Shown here piece after piece: positions 17,147-25,636 of a stretch of 34,460 nt of DNA (position 1 is its first letter; every line of letters starts with the position of its first letter). This DNA is from Candidatus Izemoplasmatales bacterium. GTDB lineage: Bacteria; Bacillota_I; Bacilli_A; Izemoplasmatales; Hujiaoplasmataceae. The stretch lies in NCBI GenBank assembly GCA_041677365.1, contig JBAYQC010000001.1, positions 1-34,460 of the forward strand, in the 5' to 3' direction. A program made the translations under genes and the position numbers. Below the pieces are notes generated by a model. That model was not told the DNA's origin, searched no databases, and saw only the letters and a program-made list of their open reading frames with translations.

Positions 17147-18868
17147 TTGAACAAAACTAAGTTACTAAAAGTTGCTAAAGGTGAGATAAAAGCTGATATC
17201 GTGTTGAAAAATGCTCAGTTAATCAATGTCTTTACCAAAGATATTGAGAGTGGAAATTTAGCTATCTCTGATGGCATAATTATTGGGGTTGGTAACTACA
17301 AAGGCGAAATAGAATATGATTATAGTGGGTACTTTTTAGCACCTGGTTTTATCGATGGACATGTCCATATAGAATCTTCAATGTTAATCCCACCTTATTA
17401 CGCTCAAGCTGTTTTACCAAGAGGAACTACTTCAGTAGTCGCAGATTGTCATGAAATAGCAAATGTTTTAGGTATTAAAGGTATTGATTTTATGTTGGAA
17501 GCTAGTGAAAACATTCCCTTAGATGTTTTTATGATGATACCTTCTTGTGTTCCTTCAACTAAATATGAAACTTCAGGGGCTGTACTTAAAGCTCAGGATT
17601 TAAAAAAATATGTTGATAATGACAGAGTCTATGGTCTAGGAGAAATGATGGATTACCCTGGAGCAATCAATGGTGAAAAGGAAGTACTAAAGAAGATTGA
17701 TGCTTTTGCCCATAAAACAATTGATGGTCATGCACCATTAATCATGGAAAAAGACCTTAATGCTTATGTGTTATCCGGTGTTAAAACCGATCATGAATGC
17801 ACGGTTCCAGAAGAACTTATTGAAAAGGTTAAACGAGGTATGTACATTCATTTAAGAGAAGGTTCACAGACGAAAAATATAGTTGATTTATTACCGGGTG
17901 TAAACCCTAGTATCTATCAAAGAATATTGTTTTGTTCGGATGATTTACATCCATCAGATATAAAGAAAACTGGGCATATCGACAACAATATCAATATAGC
18001 TATTAAAAGTGGTATACCGCCAGTTGAAGCGATATCAATGGCAACGATTAATATTGCTAATTGCTATAGGCTTAAAGATGTTGGAGCTATCGCTCCAGGA
18101 TATAAAGCCGATTTAGTAGCTTTTAAAGATATTAATAATATTGAAATTATTGATGTCTTTAAAGCCGGTAATTTAGTCGTTAAAAATAAAAAGACTTGCT
18201 TTAAAGTAAAAGAAGTAGATACTATGAAAGTAGAAGATACGGTTAAGATAAATTTGGCTAGTGTAAATCTTGCTTTTAATTTAAAATCTAATTACATAAA
18301 AGTAATCGGTTTAATTAAAAATAATGTCACTACAAAAATGTTAGAAGAGACTGTAAAGTTAAATCAGGGTCGGTTCCTACCAAAAGAAAATCCTGGTTTA
18401 CTAAAACTAGTTGTTTTAGAAAGACATAAACTAAGTGGCAATATCGGAAAAGCTATTGTGAGAGGCTATGGTTTGAAAAATGGAGCCTTAGCATTGACTA
18501 TCGCTCATGACAGTCATAATTTAATCTGCATCGGTGATAATAACCCTGATATGCTCAAAGCGATCTTTACAATAAAAGACATCGGCGGAGGAATTGTGCT
18601 GGTAAGTGAAGGAAAAGTAATTGAAACTCTACCTTTAGAAGTAGGGGGATTGATGTCTAAAAAACCTCAAGAGTTTGTGATTGAAAGATTAGAAAGTCTA
18701 GAGAGCAATCTAAAAAAACTTGGAGTGAATCATGAAATTGAAGATCCGATTCTACAACTAGCATTTTTATCATTGCCAGTAATTCCCGAATTAAAGTTGA
18801 CTGATATGGGTCTATTTGATGTTAGAAAATTTAAAATTACATCAATTGAGGTAGGTGAAGATTCTTGA
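17147..18868 (+). CDS. ade: Adenine deaminase (amidohydrolase superfamily, AdeC-type)
   Basis: 573 aa, the same size as B. subtilis AdeC. PGFIDGHVHIESSML is present, and the two-domain length and the overall block order fit the family. Confidence 0.85.
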   Translation: MNKTKLLKVAKGEIKADIVLKNAQLINVFTKDIESGNLAISDGIIIGVGNYKGEIEYDYSGYFLAPGFIDGHVHIESSMLIPPYYAQAVLPRGTTSVVADCHEIANVLGIKGIDFMLEASENIPLDVFMMIPSCVPSTKYETSGAVLKAQDLKKYVDNDRVYGLGEMMDYPGAINGEKEVLKKIDAFAHKTIDGHAPLIMEKDLNAYVLSGVKTDHECTVPEELIEKVKRGMYIHLREGSQTKNIVDLLPGVNPSIYQRILFCSDDLHPSDIKKTGHIDNNINIAIKSGIPPVEAISMATINIANCYRLKDVGAIAPGYKADLVAFKDINNIEIIDVFKAGNLVVKNKKTCFKVKEVDTMKVEDTVKINLASVNLAFNLKSNYIKVIGLIKNNVTTKMLEETVKLNQGRFLPKENPGLLKLVVLERHKLSGNIGKAIVRGYGLKNGALALTIAHDSHNLICIGDNNPDMLKAIFTIKDIGGGIVLVSEGKVIETLPLEVGGLMSKKPQEFVIERLESLESNLKKLGVNHEIEDPILQLAFLSLPVIPELKLTDMGLFDVRKFKITSIEVGEDS

Positions 18869-20112
18869 GTTATAAATTAGCATATCGCTGCACCATATGC
18901 AATAAGAAATATCCAGTTGATAAGGAACTATATACCTGCCCCGAATGCGGAGAAACTGGAATTTTAGATATTGAATATGATTATAAAAAAATCGCTGAAG
19001 TATTCACTAAAGCAAAACTTAGTTCGTCAAAAGAATACTCTTTATGGCGTTATCTTCCCCTTTTACCAGTTGAAGAAAGTTTCACAAAGAATTCATTAAG
19101 GGTTGGCTGGACTCCGCTTTATAAATTCGCTGATTTAGCATTGAAGTATAATACTAAAGCTATATATATTAAAGATGATGGACAAAATCCTACTCAATCT
19201 TTAAAGGATAGAGCAAGCGTAGTCGCTTGCGTAAAAGCGTTGGAGTTAAATCAAAAAGTCATCTCCTGTTCCTCGACTGGAAATGCCGCTTCCTCTTTAG
19301 CGGGCAATGCCGCCAAAATGGGATTGAAAACAGTGATCTTTGTTCCGGAGCGAGCCCCAATTGGAAAATTAACCCAGATTCAAGCTTTTGGGTCTCAATT
19401 AATAAAAGTAAAAGGTGACTATAAAGCTGCTTATGAGATGTCAAAGGCGGCGATAAACCACTTCGGATTTTATAATCGTAACGCTGCTATTAACCCTAAT
19501 CTAATCGAGGGAAAGAAAACTGTAGCTTTAGAAATTGCTGAACAACTTAATTTTAAGCCGACTGAGTGGATAGTTGTTTCAGTTGGAGACGGCTGCACAA
19601 TTGGTGGAGTATACAAAGGGTTTTATGACCTTTTTAATTTGAATTTTATCAAAAAAATCCCTAAAATTTTAGGTGTACAAAGCAGTGGTTGTAACCCCTT
19701 TTATCAGGCATATAAAAATAATTTAGATTATTTAGAAGAAACAGATGAGCTTACAGTCGCCGACAGTATTTCTGTAGGCATACCGAGAAACCCTGTTAAG
19801 GGATTAAATGCTGTAAAAAAATCCCAAGGAGCTTTTATTGAGGTAAGCGATGAAGAGATTTTAAGCGCAATCAAAGAATTAGCTTCACAAACGGGAATTT
19901 TTGCTGAACCTGCAGCAGCAGCTAGTTTTGCTGGATTTAAGAAAGCAAGACGTAAAGCCATAATTAGTAGCGAAGAAGAAGTAACAATTATCATAACCGG
20001 TAACGGACTTAAAGACCCTAATAACGCTAGAAAAGTTCTTGAAGAACCTTTAGCAGTTGAACCAGTTTTTGAAAAAATTAAACATATTTTAAATATAGAA
20101 AGAAGGACATAA
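18865..20112 (+). CDS. Threonine-synthase-family fold-type II PLP enzyme with N-terminal Cys4 zinc ribbon
   Basis: 415 aa. CTIC-x16-CPEC ribbon (from 18889), LWRYLPLLPV, PLP-lysine block PTQSLKDRAS, and SSTGNAASSLA. TTG start overlapping the ade stop. Confidence 0.75.
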   Translation: MSYKLAYRCTICNKKYPVDKELYTCPECGETGILDIEYDYKKIAEVFTKAKLSSSKEYSLWRYLPLLPVEESFTKNSLRVGWTPLYKFADLALKYNTKAIYIKDDGQNPTQSLKDRASVVACVKALELNQKVISCSSTGNAASSLAGNAAKMGLKTVIFVPERAPIGKLTQIQAFGSQLIKVKGDYKAAYEMSKAAINHFGFYNRNAAINPNLIEGKKTVALEIAEQLNFKPTEWIVVSVGDGCTIGGVYKGFYDLFNLNFIKKIPKILGVQSSGCNPFYQAYKNNLDYLEETDELTVADSISVGIPRNPVKGLNAVKKSQGAFIEVSDEEILSAIKELASQTGIFAEPAAAASFAGFKKARRKAIISSEEEVTIIITGNGLKDPNNARKVLEEPLAVEPVFEKIKHILNIERRT

Positions 20113-20115
20113 TTT

Positions 20116-21468
20116 ATGAGCAAAATACCATTTGGACCAACTTATGACGAGATGGCTAATCCCAGTCACATTGATCCTAAAATTCGTAAAAAAGCATTAG
20201 CGGGAAAACAAGATGAACTAGATCCAATTAATCTTTTCAACATCAATTGGAAAGATGATGAAAATAAGGTTCACAAAATTGTTTTACCAAAAGCACTGAC
20301 AAATGTTGACAGTAATATTGTTGTATTGATTGGAAAACACTTCCCAAGTGGGTCACACAAAGTTGGGCCTGCTTATTCTACTTTAATTGAAGGCTGTGTT
20401 GATCAAACGATTCTCCCGGGAAAGCATACTATCTTAGGACCATCAACAGGAAACTTTGGTATCGGAGTATCCTATATTTGTAATTTAATGAAGTATGATT
20501 CAATTGTAATCATGCCCGATAATATGAGTAAAGAAAGATACCAAAGAATCAAAAAATATGGAGCTAAACTAGACCTTACTCCTGGTACTGAATCGGATGT
20601 TATTCTTACACTTGAAAGAACTTTTGAACTTAAAAAAGATCCTAAAAACAGATCACTTGCACAGTTTGAACTTCTACCTAATTATCGTTTCCATCGCCAT
20701 GTTACTGGACAGGCTTGTGTTGAAGCAGTTAAAGGGATAGGGAACGGCCGAATAGCGTGTTTTGCATCGGCACCAGGTTCTGCGGGAACTTTAGCTGCAG
20801 GAGACCATATTAAGACAGTTTATCCAGAAGCAAAAATCGCTGCTTTAGAACCATATGAATGTTCAACTTTAATGAATGGTGGTAGAGGACAACATCGAAT
20901 CGAAGGTATTGGTGATAAGATGTGTACCTTAATTCACAATGTATTAAATACTGATTTCATTGCTTTAATTAAAGATGAGGAATCTGTTCAAGGTTTAAAG
21001 ATTATTCATGATGGAATGAATATATTAATTGAAAATGGAGTTGACCCATTAGTAGCTAAAGAGATGCAAGAATTATTTGGGGTTTCCGGTATCTGTAATA
21101 TTATCGGTGCGATTAAAATGGCAAAATTTTTAAAACTCGGACCTGATGATAATATCGTTACTGTCGCAACTGATGGATTCGATCGTTATGAAACCGTACT
21201 TCACGATTTGAATAAACGTTATTTAGAAACAGAAGATTTTGTTTTAAGAAGATGGTTCAAGGATATCTTTGTTAAAACTGAAACTAATGATATTGCTGAT
21301 TATCGACCGATTTCTCAAAAAGAAAAACTCTTTAAACAAAAAGAGAAGGATTGGTTGAAGTTCGGGTATGCTCAAGAATACCTTGATGCAATGCGAAATA
21401 TGAGTTTTTGGGATCGAGAATATCAAAAGGTATTTCATTACGATGAATTAATCAAGAAGTTGAGATAG
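20116..21468 (+). CDS. Fold-type II PLP enzyme, 450 aa (cysteine-synthase/TrpB superfamily; possibly the OrtB-like lyase/thiolase group)
   Basis: Blocks [12 protein letters not shown] (candidate PLP Lys), [10 protein letters not shown] and [11 protein letters not shown] (phosphate loop) are present. It has N- and C-terminal extensions relative to CysK. The OrtB-like assignment is from memory only. Confidence 0.6.
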   Translation: MSKIPFGPTYDEMANPSHIDPKIRKKALAGKQDELDPINLFNINWKDDENKVHKIVLPKALTNVDSNIVVLIGKHFPSGSHKVGPAYSTLIEGCVDQTILPGKHTILGPSTGNFGIGVSYICNLMKYDSIVIMPDNMSKERYQRIKKYGAKLDLTPGTESDVILTLERTFELKKDPKNRSLAQFELLPNYRFHRHVTGQACVEAVKGIGNGRIACFASAPGSAGTLAAGDHIKTVYPEAKIAALEPYECSTLMNGGRGQHRIEGIGDKMCTLIHNVLNTDFIALIKDEESVQGLKIIHDGMNILIENGVDPLVAKEMQELFGVSGICNIIGAIKMAKFLKLGPDDNIVTVATDGFDRYETVLHDLNKRYLETEDFVLRRWFKDIFVKTETNDIADYRPISQKEKLFKQKEKDWLKFGYAQEYLDAMRNMSFWDREYQKVFHYDELIKKLR

Positions 21469-21478
21469 AGGTGAAATT

Positions 21479-22696
21479 ATGATTTATGAAAAGATTTATG
21501 AACTTAGTAAAAAGTATGAAAAAGATATGACTAAATTCTTAAGGGATATGATTAGGATTCCTAGTGAGAGTTGTGGTGAAAAAGAAGTCATCCAAAGAAT
21601 TAAACAAGAAATGGAAAAAGTTGGTTTCGATGAAATAAGAATTGACAAGATGGGAAACATCATCGGAAGAGTCGGTAGTGGAAAGCACTTAATTGCAATG
21701 GATGCTCATATCGATACTGTAGGAATTGGTGAAATAAAAAACTGGAAATTTGATCCTTATGAAGGTTTTGAGGATGATGAGTTAATTGGTGGTAGAGGTG
21801 GTTCTGACCAAGAAGGCGGTATGGCTTCTATGGTTTATGCCGGAAAGATAATCAAAGAGTTAAACTTGGATAAAGAGTATACACTTTTGATTACTGGAAC
21901 TGTTCAAGAAGAAGATTGCGATGGTTTGTGTTGGCAATACTTAATTGAACAAGAAAATATTCGTCCAGAGTTTGTAGTTATAACTGAGCCTACTAATTTA
22001 AATATTTATCGTGGACATCGTGGAAGAATGGAAATTAAAGTTTCAACAAGTGGAATTTCTTGTCACGGAAGCGCTCCTGAAAGAGGCGACAACGCAATTT
22101 TTAAAATGGCTCCGATTCTTTTAGAACTACAAGAGCTAAACAAGCGTTTATTAGATAATGCATTTTTAGGAAAAGGCACTTTAACTGTTAGTGAAATTTT
22201 TTACTCTTCACCTTCTCGCTGTGCTGTAGCTGATGGGTGCGCCGTGTCTATTGATCGAAGATTGACTGATGGAGAAACTTATCTTAGTGCAATTAAAGAA
22301 ATTGAAGAATTAGAATCAGTGAAGAAAGCCAATGCTAAAGTAGAAATGTATGAGTATGCTAGACCATCTTACACAGGTTTAGTTTATCCTACAGAAGCAT
22401 ATTTTCCTACTTGGGTCATTCCTGAAGATCATATAATTACAAAAACTAGTGTTGAAGCTTACCGTAGTTTATTTAATCAAGAACCTTTGGTTGATAAATG
22501 GACATTTTCAACTAACGCTGTTTCAATTATGGGACGACATAATATTCCTTGTATTGGTTTTGGCCCTGGTAAAGAAGAGCAAGCTCACGCACCAAACGAG
22601 GTAACTTATAAAGAACATTTAGTTAAAGCTTGTGCAATGTATGCTTCAATACCTTTAACTTATATAAATAATTTAAAAGAAGGAGAGAAAAAATAA
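21479..22696 (+). CDS. ygeY: YgeY-family M20 metallohydrolase (selenium-metabolism-linked hydrolase family name)
   Basis: 405 aa. It is collinear over nearly its whole length with my memory of E. coli YgeY. Examples: [19 protein letters not shown] vs [61 protein letters not shown] and [17 protein letters not shown]. Confidence 0.9.
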   Translation: MIYEKIYELSKKYEKDMTKFLRDMIRIPSESCGEKEVIQRIKQEMEKVGFDEIRIDKMGNIIGRVGSGKHLIAMDAHIDTVGIGEIKNWKFDPYEGFEDDELIGGRGGSDQEGGMASMVYAGKIIKELNLDKEYTLLITGTVQEEDCDGLCWQYLIEQENIRPEFVVITEPTNLNIYRGHRGRMEIKVSTSGISCHGSAPERGDNAIFKMAPILLELQELNKRLLDNAFLGKGTLTVSEIFYSSPSRCAVADGCAVSIDRRLTDGETYLSAIKEIEELESVKKANAKVEMYEYARPSYTGLVYPTEAYFPTWVIPEDHIITKTSVEAYRSLFNQEPLVDKWTFSTNAVSIMGRHNIPCIGFGPGKEEQAHAPNEVTYKEHLVKACAMYASIPLTYINNLKEGEKK

Positions 22697-23679
22697 TGAA
22701 ACCACTATTTAAAGGCAAACACTTCATTACCTTAGAGGAATGGGATAAATCAGAAATTGATAAACTCTTGGAAGTATCCAAGGAGTTTAAACGCAAATTC
22801 TATGCTAATGAAGAAACTGATTATTTAAAGAACAAAACTGCATTTTTAATGTTTTTTGAACAATCTACAAGAACAAGAAATTCAATGGAAGCTGGACTAG
22901 CGCAAATGGGCGGTCATGCAGTTTTCTTAGATACTTCAAAAATGCAAATAGCTCATGGCGAAAGCGCAAAAGATACTGCAGTAATTCTTTCATCTTATGG
23001 TCATGGAATTGCTTGTAGAAACTGTTTTTGGGGAGTAGGTAATAAGTTCTTGCGAGAAATGGCGGCTAATTCAACAGTCCCAATTATGAGTTTACAATGT
23101 GACCTTTATCATCCAATGCAAGGTTTAGCGGATTTGATGACAATTCAAGAGGTTTCTAAATCTACTAAAAACCTTAAAGTGTCAATCATATGGGCTTATG
23201 CAACGACGCATAAAAAACCAATTTCAGTACCTTTAACACAAGTTCTATTGTTTCCAAGATATGGCATGGATGTTACTATTGCTTATCCAGAAGGTTATGA
23301 TTTACCTGAATGGGTTTTTGAAAAAGCGAAGAAAAATGCAATTGAAAATGGTGGTTGTTTTAAAATAACTCATAATATGGAAGAGGCTTATAAAGATGCT
23401 GATATCGTAATCCCTAAGAACTGGGGTTCATGGGTTAATAATCAATCTGACGCTGTAGTTGATGATTTATTAAAAAGTTATAAATCTTGGAAATGTACGG
23501 ATGAAATGATCGCTCTAGCAAGTAAAGATGTAAAATATATGCATGCTTTACCTGCTGATAGAGGTAATGAAGTAACCGATAGTGTTATCGACGGGTCACA
23601 CTCAATAGTATATCAAGAAGCAGAAAACCGGATTCATACTGCAAAAGCGGTTATGGCCATGACCATGGGTGACAAATAA
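22696..23679 (+). CDS. ygeW: YgeW-like carbamoyltransferase (ATCase/OTCase superfamily)
   Basis: 327 aa. STRTR and HPMQ motifs are present. The central blocks QIAHGESAKDTA, SLQCDLYHPMQGLADL, IIWAYATTHKKPISVP and YGMDVTIAYPEGYDL, plus MEEAYKDADIVIPKNW, track E. coli YgeW. The C-terminus HALPADRGNEVTD...AENR is OTCase-like. Confidence 0.8.
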   Translation: MKPLFKGKHFITLEEWDKSEIDKLLEVSKEFKRKFYANEETDYLKNKTAFLMFFEQSTRTRNSMEAGLAQMGGHAVFLDTSKMQIAHGESAKDTAVILSSYGHGIACRNCFWGVGNKFLREMAANSTVPIMSLQCDLYHPMQGLADLMTIQEVSKSTKNLKVSIIWAYATTHKKPISVPLTQVLLFPRYGMDVTIAYPEGYDLPEWVFEKAKKNAIENGGCFKITHNMEEAYKDADIVIPKNWGSWVNNQSDAVVDDLLKSYKSWKCTDEMIALASKDVKYMHALPADRGNEVTDSVIDGSHSIVYQEAENRIHTAKAVMAMTMGDK

Positions 23680-24217
23680 ACCGCTAATGAGAATTTTTAT
23701 TGCGCTGTTATTTCCCGAAGCTATTAAAGAAAAGCTTTACTCAGTTATTAATGAATGTAAAGATAACTTTCCCGGAAATTATACAGCTTATAATAATTTA
23801 CATCTGACCCTACATTATCTTGGAGAAGTTAGTGAAGATAAACTAAATTTACTAAAAGAAAGCATTAAGGAAATAGAATTTCCAAGTTTTACTTATACAG
23901 CAAAGAAGATTGATAGTTTCAAAAACAATAAAGCAAAAAAGATTGTACATCTAAGAGTGGAAAAATCGACATATTTAAAAATGCTTCATCAGAAAGTAAT
24001 CAATCTATTGTATGGTTTAGGATTTGAATTGGAAAATACTAACTTCACTCCTCACATAACTTTAGGTAGAAAAGTAGAGGTAAGTCATGAAGATTTATTG
24101 AATATAGAGTTCAATAAATTACTTATCCCAGCGACAAGAATAAGTATTATGGAAAGTAAAAGAATTAATGACGAACTGGTTTATGAAGAGATAGAGTTTG
24201 TTGATTTGATAAAATAA
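23669..24217 (+). CDS. thpR: RNA 2',3'-cyclic phosphodiesterase (ThpR/LigT, 2H phosphoesterase)
   Basis: Two HxTx motifs are present (HLTLHYLG and HITLGR). The typical N-terminus MRIFIAL begins at the ATG at 23687, which is a likelier start than the GTG at 23669. Confidence 0.8.
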   Translation: MTNKPLMRIFIALLFPEAIKEKLYSVINECKDNFPGNYTAYNNLHLTLHYLGEVSEDKLNLLKESIKEIEFPSFTYTAKKIDSFKNNKAKKIVHLRVEKSTYLKMLHQKVINLLYGLGFELENTNFTPHITLGRKVEVSHEDLLNIEFNKLLIPATRISIMESKRINDELVYEEIEFVDLIK

Positions 24218-24241
24218 AAACGCTGAATTTCAGCGTTTTTT
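24216..24241. terminator. Bidirectional rho-independent terminator shared by the purine operon (+) and guaD (-)
   Basis: AAAAA-CGCTGA-ATT-TCAGCG-TTTTTT lies between the convergent stops at 24217 (+) and 24240 (-). Confidence 0.75.
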
Positions 24242-24719
24242 AGTATAATTCTTTTTCTTTTTCTTGATATTCCTTAAAGAGTGTTAAGCAAGTTTCTCTT
24301 TCTTTTTCTTCTAAATCTAGTATGTTTAAATCAGAACGTTTATTTTCGATAAACTTATAGATAAAATCATCCCTAAAACCAATTTCATCAGCATCACTTT
24401 CAACACATCCGTAGTATACCTTTTTAATATTTGACCAGATAATTGCTCCTAAACACATCGGGCAGGGATAGGCTGTAGTATAGAGAGTGCAGCCACTTAA
24501 GTCGTGAGTATTTAAAGCTTTTGTTGCTTTTCTAATTGCGTTGATTTCAGCGTGTGCTGTAGGATCATGGTCTTTTAAAACCGTATTTGAAGCAATGGCG
24601 ATAACTTCATTGTTTTGATTTACAACTAAAGCGCCAAAAGGACCTCCGTAGTTTAAATTCATCGTTTTTCTAGCTTCAGATACCGCTAAATCCATTAATG
24701 CTTTGTGGTCTTTACTCAT
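24240..24719 (-). CDS. guaD: CDA-fold guanine deaminase (GuaD/YknA-type)
   Basis: 159 aa. GGPFGALVV...DPTAHAEINAIRKA...PCPMCLGAIIWSNIKKVYYG...GFRDDFIYK tracks B. subtilis GuaD (GGPFGAVIV...DPTAHAEVTAIRKA...PCPMCLGAIYWARPKAVFY...GFDDSFIYKE). The GF-DD-FIY tail distinguishes GuaD from TadA. Confidence 0.8.
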   Translation of the reverse strand: MSKDHKALMDLAVSEARKTMNLNYGGPFGALVVNQNNEVIAIASNTVLKDHDPTAHAEINAIRKATKALNTHDLSGCTLYTTAYPCPMCLGAIIWSNIKKVYYGCVESDADEIGFRDDFIYKFIENKRSDLNILDLEEKERETCLTLFKEYQEKEKELY

Positions 24720-24832
24720 ATCGATAATCTCCTCTTTTCCATGTCAAGTAAACTAATTATAAAAGATAGAGTTTTTTTTGTAAACAAGTAGGGAAGAATT
24801 AAGCCTAAAGAATTAAAAATAATTCGTATATA

Positions 24833-24841
24833 TGGTATAAT
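24833..24841 (+). promoter_or_regulatory. TG-extended -10 element (TGgTATAAT), putative promoter of the exoA operon
   Basis: Located 36 nt upstream of the ATG at 24877. It is part of the 17-mer that is identical to 3937-3953. Confidence 0.4.
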
Positions 24842-24876
24842 TTACTTACAATTAAAAAGAAAGCGAGAGTGTAGGA

Positions 24877-25629
24877 ATGAATTTTATTACTTGGAATGTT
24901 AATGGACTAAGAGCAGCTAGGAAAAAGGGTTTCGATGAATTCTTTAATGATTCCGCCGCTGATATCTTTGCGATTCAAGAAACAAAAATGCAAGAAGAAC
25001 AAAAAGATTTTGATTTTCCGGGATACCATGAATATTGGAATTGTGCAGATAAAAAAGGTTACTCTGGAACTTTGATTTATACAAAAAAAGCACCTTTAAA
25101 CGTGGTTTTTGGGATTGACGGAGAAGGGTATAACGATGAAGGTAGAATCATCACTTTAGAGTATGATAATTTCTATTTCGTCAATACCTATGTCCCTAAT
25201 GCACAACCGGAACTTGCGAGACTTGATTATCGCATGAGTTTTGAAGATAACTTTAGATCATACTTAAGTAGATTAAAAGCAACTAAACCAGTTGTCCTTT
25301 GTGGAGATTTAAACGTTGCTCACAAAGAAATTGACCTAAAGAATCCTCAGTCAAATCAAAAGAACCCTGGATTCAGTATTGAAGAAAGAACTAAATTTCA
25401 AGAATTATTAGATGCTGGTTTTATCGATACTTACCGATATCTTTATCCTGATACGGTTAAATACACTTGGTGGTCATATCGATTTAACGCAAGAGCGAAT
25501 AACTCAGGATGGAGAATTGACTATTTTGTAGTTTCAGAAGATTTAAAGAAAAAAGTTAAAGATGTAAAAATACTCAATGAAATTTTTGGTAGTGACCATT
25601 GCCCAGTTGAAATTGATATTGATTTGTAG
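24877..25629 (+). CDS. exoA: Exodeoxyribonuclease III (AP endonuclease, ExoA/XthA family)
   Basis: 250 aa. Blocks ITWNVNGLRA, IQETK, GDLNVAH and SDHCPV are present. Confidence 0.9.
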   Translation: MNFITWNVNGLRAARKKGFDEFFNDSAADIFAIQETKMQEEQKDFDFPGYHEYWNCADKKGYSGTLIYTKKAPLNVVFGIDGEGYNDEGRIITLEYDNFYFVNTYVPNAQPELARLDYRMSFEDNFRSYLSRLKATKPVVLCGDLNVAHKEIDLKNPQSNQKNPGFSIEERTKFQELLDAGFIDTYRYLYPDTVKYTWWSYRFNARANNSGWRIDYFVVSEDLKKKVKDVKILNEIFGSDHCPVEIDIDL

Positions 25630-25636
25630 GTGACTC

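Noticed and set aside
6892-21438. Antisense or out-of-frame ORFs in the track: 6892-7152(-), 11328-11543(-), 14019-14249(-), 15792-16238(-), 16385-16654(-), 19227-19418(+), 19259-19444(-), 19728-20123(-) and 21244-21438(-). Further ones lie at 28956-29168(-), 31790-31996(-) and 32597-32818(-).
   Set aside because: Each lies wholly inside, or opposite, a CDS with strong family-level homology. They have low-complexity or odd composition, no RBS that I could see, and no recognisable motifs. I treat them as shadow ORFs.
24740-24765. A perfect TTGACA (- strand) about 24 nt upstream of the guaD ATG, considered as a -35 box for a leaderless or short-leader transcript.
   Set aside because: The corresponding -10 position reads TCGATA and would overlap the RBS and start codon. 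The real guaD promoter is more likely further upstream.
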